Below, piece by piece: positions 61,567-64,000 of a stretch of 64,000 nucleotides of DNA. Numbering within the stretch: the first letter of the stretch is position 1; each line of letters opens with the position of its first letter. Location: assembly GCA_965197745.1 (NCBI GenBank), contig CBDANS010000006.1, positions 864,001 to 928,000 of the forward strand. The letters are read 5' to 3'. The stretch comes from Opitutales bacterium. GTDB taxonomy: Bacteria; Verrucomicrobiota; Verrucomicrobiia; Opitutales; PNEW01. The notes below the pieces were generated by a model that was given only the letters and a program-made list of their open reading frames with translations, ran no database searches and was not told the DNA's origin. Position numbers and translations under genes: made by a program.

Positions 61567-62847
61567 TTAAGACGTTTCGGGATGGTTAAAATTGTTCCTC
61601 GAAGGCGCTTTGGTATCAACAATCAAGCCGGGGCGTTCCCCGGGAGTAAATTCGTTGGCTGCGCGCATGATGAGATGTTCGCCCAGGGAAAGACGGGTGT
61701 TATTGGACCGCGCAAGCAATTCATTCATGCGAAGTTCCACTTTTTCAAGCCAGGTTGGTTCATCCGGCGTTATCTCTTGTTCTTTAACCTCTTCAGAGAG
61801 GGGAGATTCTATGACAAAACTGTAATCCATTTCCAATGGAGTAAACAGATCACCCGCCGTTGAATCATAGTCTATTTCATAAACAGGTTCCCTATTGTCG
61901 GCCACAAGCTGATGGGGAAGCCACACTCCTGAATTATAGAAATTTTCTAAAAAATAAGTATTAAGTGCTTCTTCACTTATACGCTCATCCGCTACCTTCA
62001 GGTTCTCATCTCTTGCCGTTGCACTATCGTCAATAATTTCTGAATCGAACTCATTTAAAGCTGATGGCAGCTCAAATGATTCAGATTCTGTAATATTGGA
62101 ATCCTCAGCAATCGCGTTTGGGTAAGCTATAATATCTTCATGAGAATCCAGATTAGAGCGGTATGATTCAAGTTCTTGAGAATCAAAGACACGGAATTCC
62201 GCAAGGAGAGAATTCACGCCATTCTGGACACTGGGTTCATCACCAAGGAGGCCGAGTTGAGAGTCCTCAAGCCCTATTACAATAAAATCATTGGGCACGA
62301 AATTGGTGCGTACTGTCTGGTCCGGATTCAAACTTAATAACCAGAAGGTGCTTTCAGGATCATTTATTTGCAATTCCAGGCTATCCAGATCGCTATAAAG
62401 AAATGTTTCCGAAAAATCCTCCGCTTCAAAAAAGGTATTGCCCCCCTCGAGAAGCATGAAGGGCGCTGGATCTACAAGGCCCATCACCTCAACATCTTCT
62501 GTAATCAGTGATCTGTGGACAGGAATATCTACATGCAGATTGTCAAGATCGACAGCAAAAAGCCGGTCAATACCACGTGTCCCTACAAGGGAAACGTCGG
62601 TAAATGACGAAGCTGCCACATTTTTAACATTGTTGGGTAAATAATCTACGTTAATGACTAAACTTCCAGTATTATTACCCTTTAAAGTAATCTGCGAGTC
62701 GCTTGGAAACCAGACAAAATCAAACTGAAAATTAGAATCGGTATCCACGGCGGCATCCAGCCAAGGAAATTCCGTTGTCAGCAAAGTCCGGTCTTCGAGC
62801 AGTTCAAGCTGAAGCCCACTACTTATTATGGAGGGTCTCTTTACCAC
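61567..62847 (-). CDS. Acidic extracellular-type protein with LEPR-xLL leader
   Basis: LELLEDRTLLT near the N-terminus; D/E-rich. Confidence 0.65.
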   Translation of the reverse strand: MVKRPSIISSGLQLELLEDRTLLTTEFPWLDAAVDTDSNFQFDFVWFPSDSQITLKGNNTGSLVINVDYLPNNVKNVAASSFTDVSLVGTRGIDRLFAVDLDNLHVDIPVHRSLITEDVEVMGLVDPAPFMLLEGGNTFFEAEDFSETFLYSDLDSLELQINDPESTFWLLSLNPDQTVRTNFVPNDFIVIGLEDSQLGLLGDEPSVQNGVNSLLAEFRVFDSQELESYRSNLDSHEDIIAYPNAIAEDSNITESESFELPSALNEFDSEIIDDSATARDENLKVADERISEEALNTYFLENFYNSGVWLPHQLVADNREPVYEIDYDSTAGDLFTPLEMDYSFVIESPLSEEVKEQEITPDEPTWLEKVELRMNELLARSNNTRLSLGEHLIMRAANEFTPGERPGLIVDTKAPSRNNFNHPETS

Positions 62848-62923
62848 GGGTTACCCTTTTTCAAAATTAAACCAACAGGATAGTTGTTGTTAAGCAATAA
62901 ATCAACCCATTTCCGTGAAATTT

Positions 62924-63748
62924 CTAATTTGTCGTCCCCGTGTCGGTTATTAACAGACGCGCGGCGAGCCCCGCTGAAACAGATTCTGACGGACTGATTT
63001 CCAGTTTCACGCGAAAAGTGCCACTGGAGGGATCGATAAGCGGGTCGACATAGACGACTTCAGCAGTGGCCTGTTCTCCACGTGAGGGTCCATCGAGGAT
63101 TTCTATATTGAGGGTTGTGTTCGCATGTAAAGATCCAAAGAGATGCGATCCGCAATAGACGACAAGCTCTAACCGGGTGTCATCTAGGACGCGGGCCACT
63201 GTTTCCAGCCGTTCCACTGATTCACCTACAGACTTATATTTTTTTAGGAAAATACCCGCGATAGGTGATTTAATCTTCTTTTTTTCGAGGCGGATTTGAG
63301 TGGTTTCCAGTGTAGCCTGGGCTTGTTTGTATTGGCTTTCCGCTTTCGCTAGAAGGTATACGGATTCTTCGTACTCTCTTTCACTCTGGATATTATCATT
63401 GTAGAGCTTTTCTGCTCGTTCCATGTCTTTGCGTGCTTTTTCCAACTCTGCCACGGCTCCATCCAATATAGCCTCTGATTGATTAACCGCTGCTTCTTCT
63501 TCCCGTGCATCCAATTCCAAAATGACTTCCCCTGAGATTACCCGCTGTCCTTCCTCTACACGATACGATTTAATAATACCCGCGGAAGCCGCACTAAGCT
63601 TAATATCTTCGCGCGGTAACAAAACCGAACGCAAGGAACCCCGATAAGCCCCTGGCTCAAGGAGGTAGGTCGATGAAGAGGGTAACTGGCCCACCGCTAA
63701 TAGCGATGGGATGAGAAATAGGATAATGAGTGCGACAGCTCTTATCAT
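62924..63748 (-). CDS. Membrane-fusion / RND periplasmic adaptor protein
   Basis: Lipoyl halves (VEEGQRV..G, IKSPIAG) around a coiled coil; DPSSGTFRV. Confidence 0.88.
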   Translation of the reverse strand: MIRAVALIILFLIPSLLAVGQLPSSSTYLLEPGAYRGSLRSVLLPREDIKLSAASAGIIKSYRVEEGQRVISGEVILELDAREEEAAVNQSEAILDGAVAELEKARKDMERAEKLYNDNIQSEREYEESVYLLAKAESQYKQAQATLETTQIRLEKKKIKSPIAGIFLKKYKSVGESVERLETVARVLDDTRLELVVYCGSHLFGSLHANTTLNIEILDGPSRGEQATAEVVYVDPLIDPSSGTFRVKLEISPSESVSAGLAARLLITDTGTTN

Positions 63749-63856
63749 AAATTGGAGGGAGTCAGTGCCTGTCGGCCATAGCCCATCGGGCGAAGGTTGA
63801 TTGCGTCCGGAATAAATTAAATAAATAATTAACCCATTTTTAATGTATCACCAAGT

Positions 63857-63883
63857 GGCCACGACGGAGCGTCGCCCTCCAGA
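63857..63883. repeat. REP-like hairpin
   Basis: Near-identical to 49629-49655. Confidence 0.75.
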
Positions 63884-63895
63884 AAATAACACCCA

Positions 63896-64000
63896 TCAGA
63901 ACCAATGGATTCTTAAAAAGTGGACCACGTCCCGGAACATAATATAGGCCAGGGGTCGTCTACCAATAATAAATGCGGCATTGCCAGTATAGCCCATTTT
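63896..64000 (-). CDS. C-terminus of a probable HlyD-like protein (partial)
   Basis: KMGYTGNAAFIIGRRPLAYIMFRDVVHFLRIHWF* resembles C-termini of PVC HlyD-family proteins; runs off the window. Confidence 0.5.
   Translation of the reverse strand, partial: KMGYTGNAAFIIGRRPLAYIMFRDVVHFLRIHWF

Overview
Bacterial chromosome segment, most likely Verrucomicrobiota (Opitutales-like). This is inferred from the gene order rplY-pth-rpsF-ssb-rplI-dnaB-bamA-skp-lpxD-prs, an Opitutae-style pilin and PVC-type leader motifs. 1-7 kb: transporters, folB and an amidase. 7-19 kb: a glycan-modification operon converging on a type IV pilin plus two GT-C-like membrane transferases. 19-40 kb: housekeeping genes and a frameshifted hybrid kinase. 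After tRNA-Arg(CCT) at 40.4 kb lies an accessory region. It holds a pilin vestige fused to an IS end, a xanthine-dehydrogenase-family molybdoenzyme, glycosyltransferases, a parS site, REP-like hairpins, two degraded IS3 elements, a dif-like site, a truncated R-M gene, a repeat-flanked GxxExxY pseudogene and LEPR-xLL-leader proteins next to membrane-fusion proteins. The most unusual signal is four tiny (32-54 nt) structured insertions. All start T(T/A)CCGAG, end in C before AT, and appear to replace the first A of an AAT site. They occur only inside other mobile DNA (two IS3 transposases and a REP-like repeat), and an identical 32-mer sits at the same codon of two divergent IS3s. All calls come from reading the sequence; no database searches were run.
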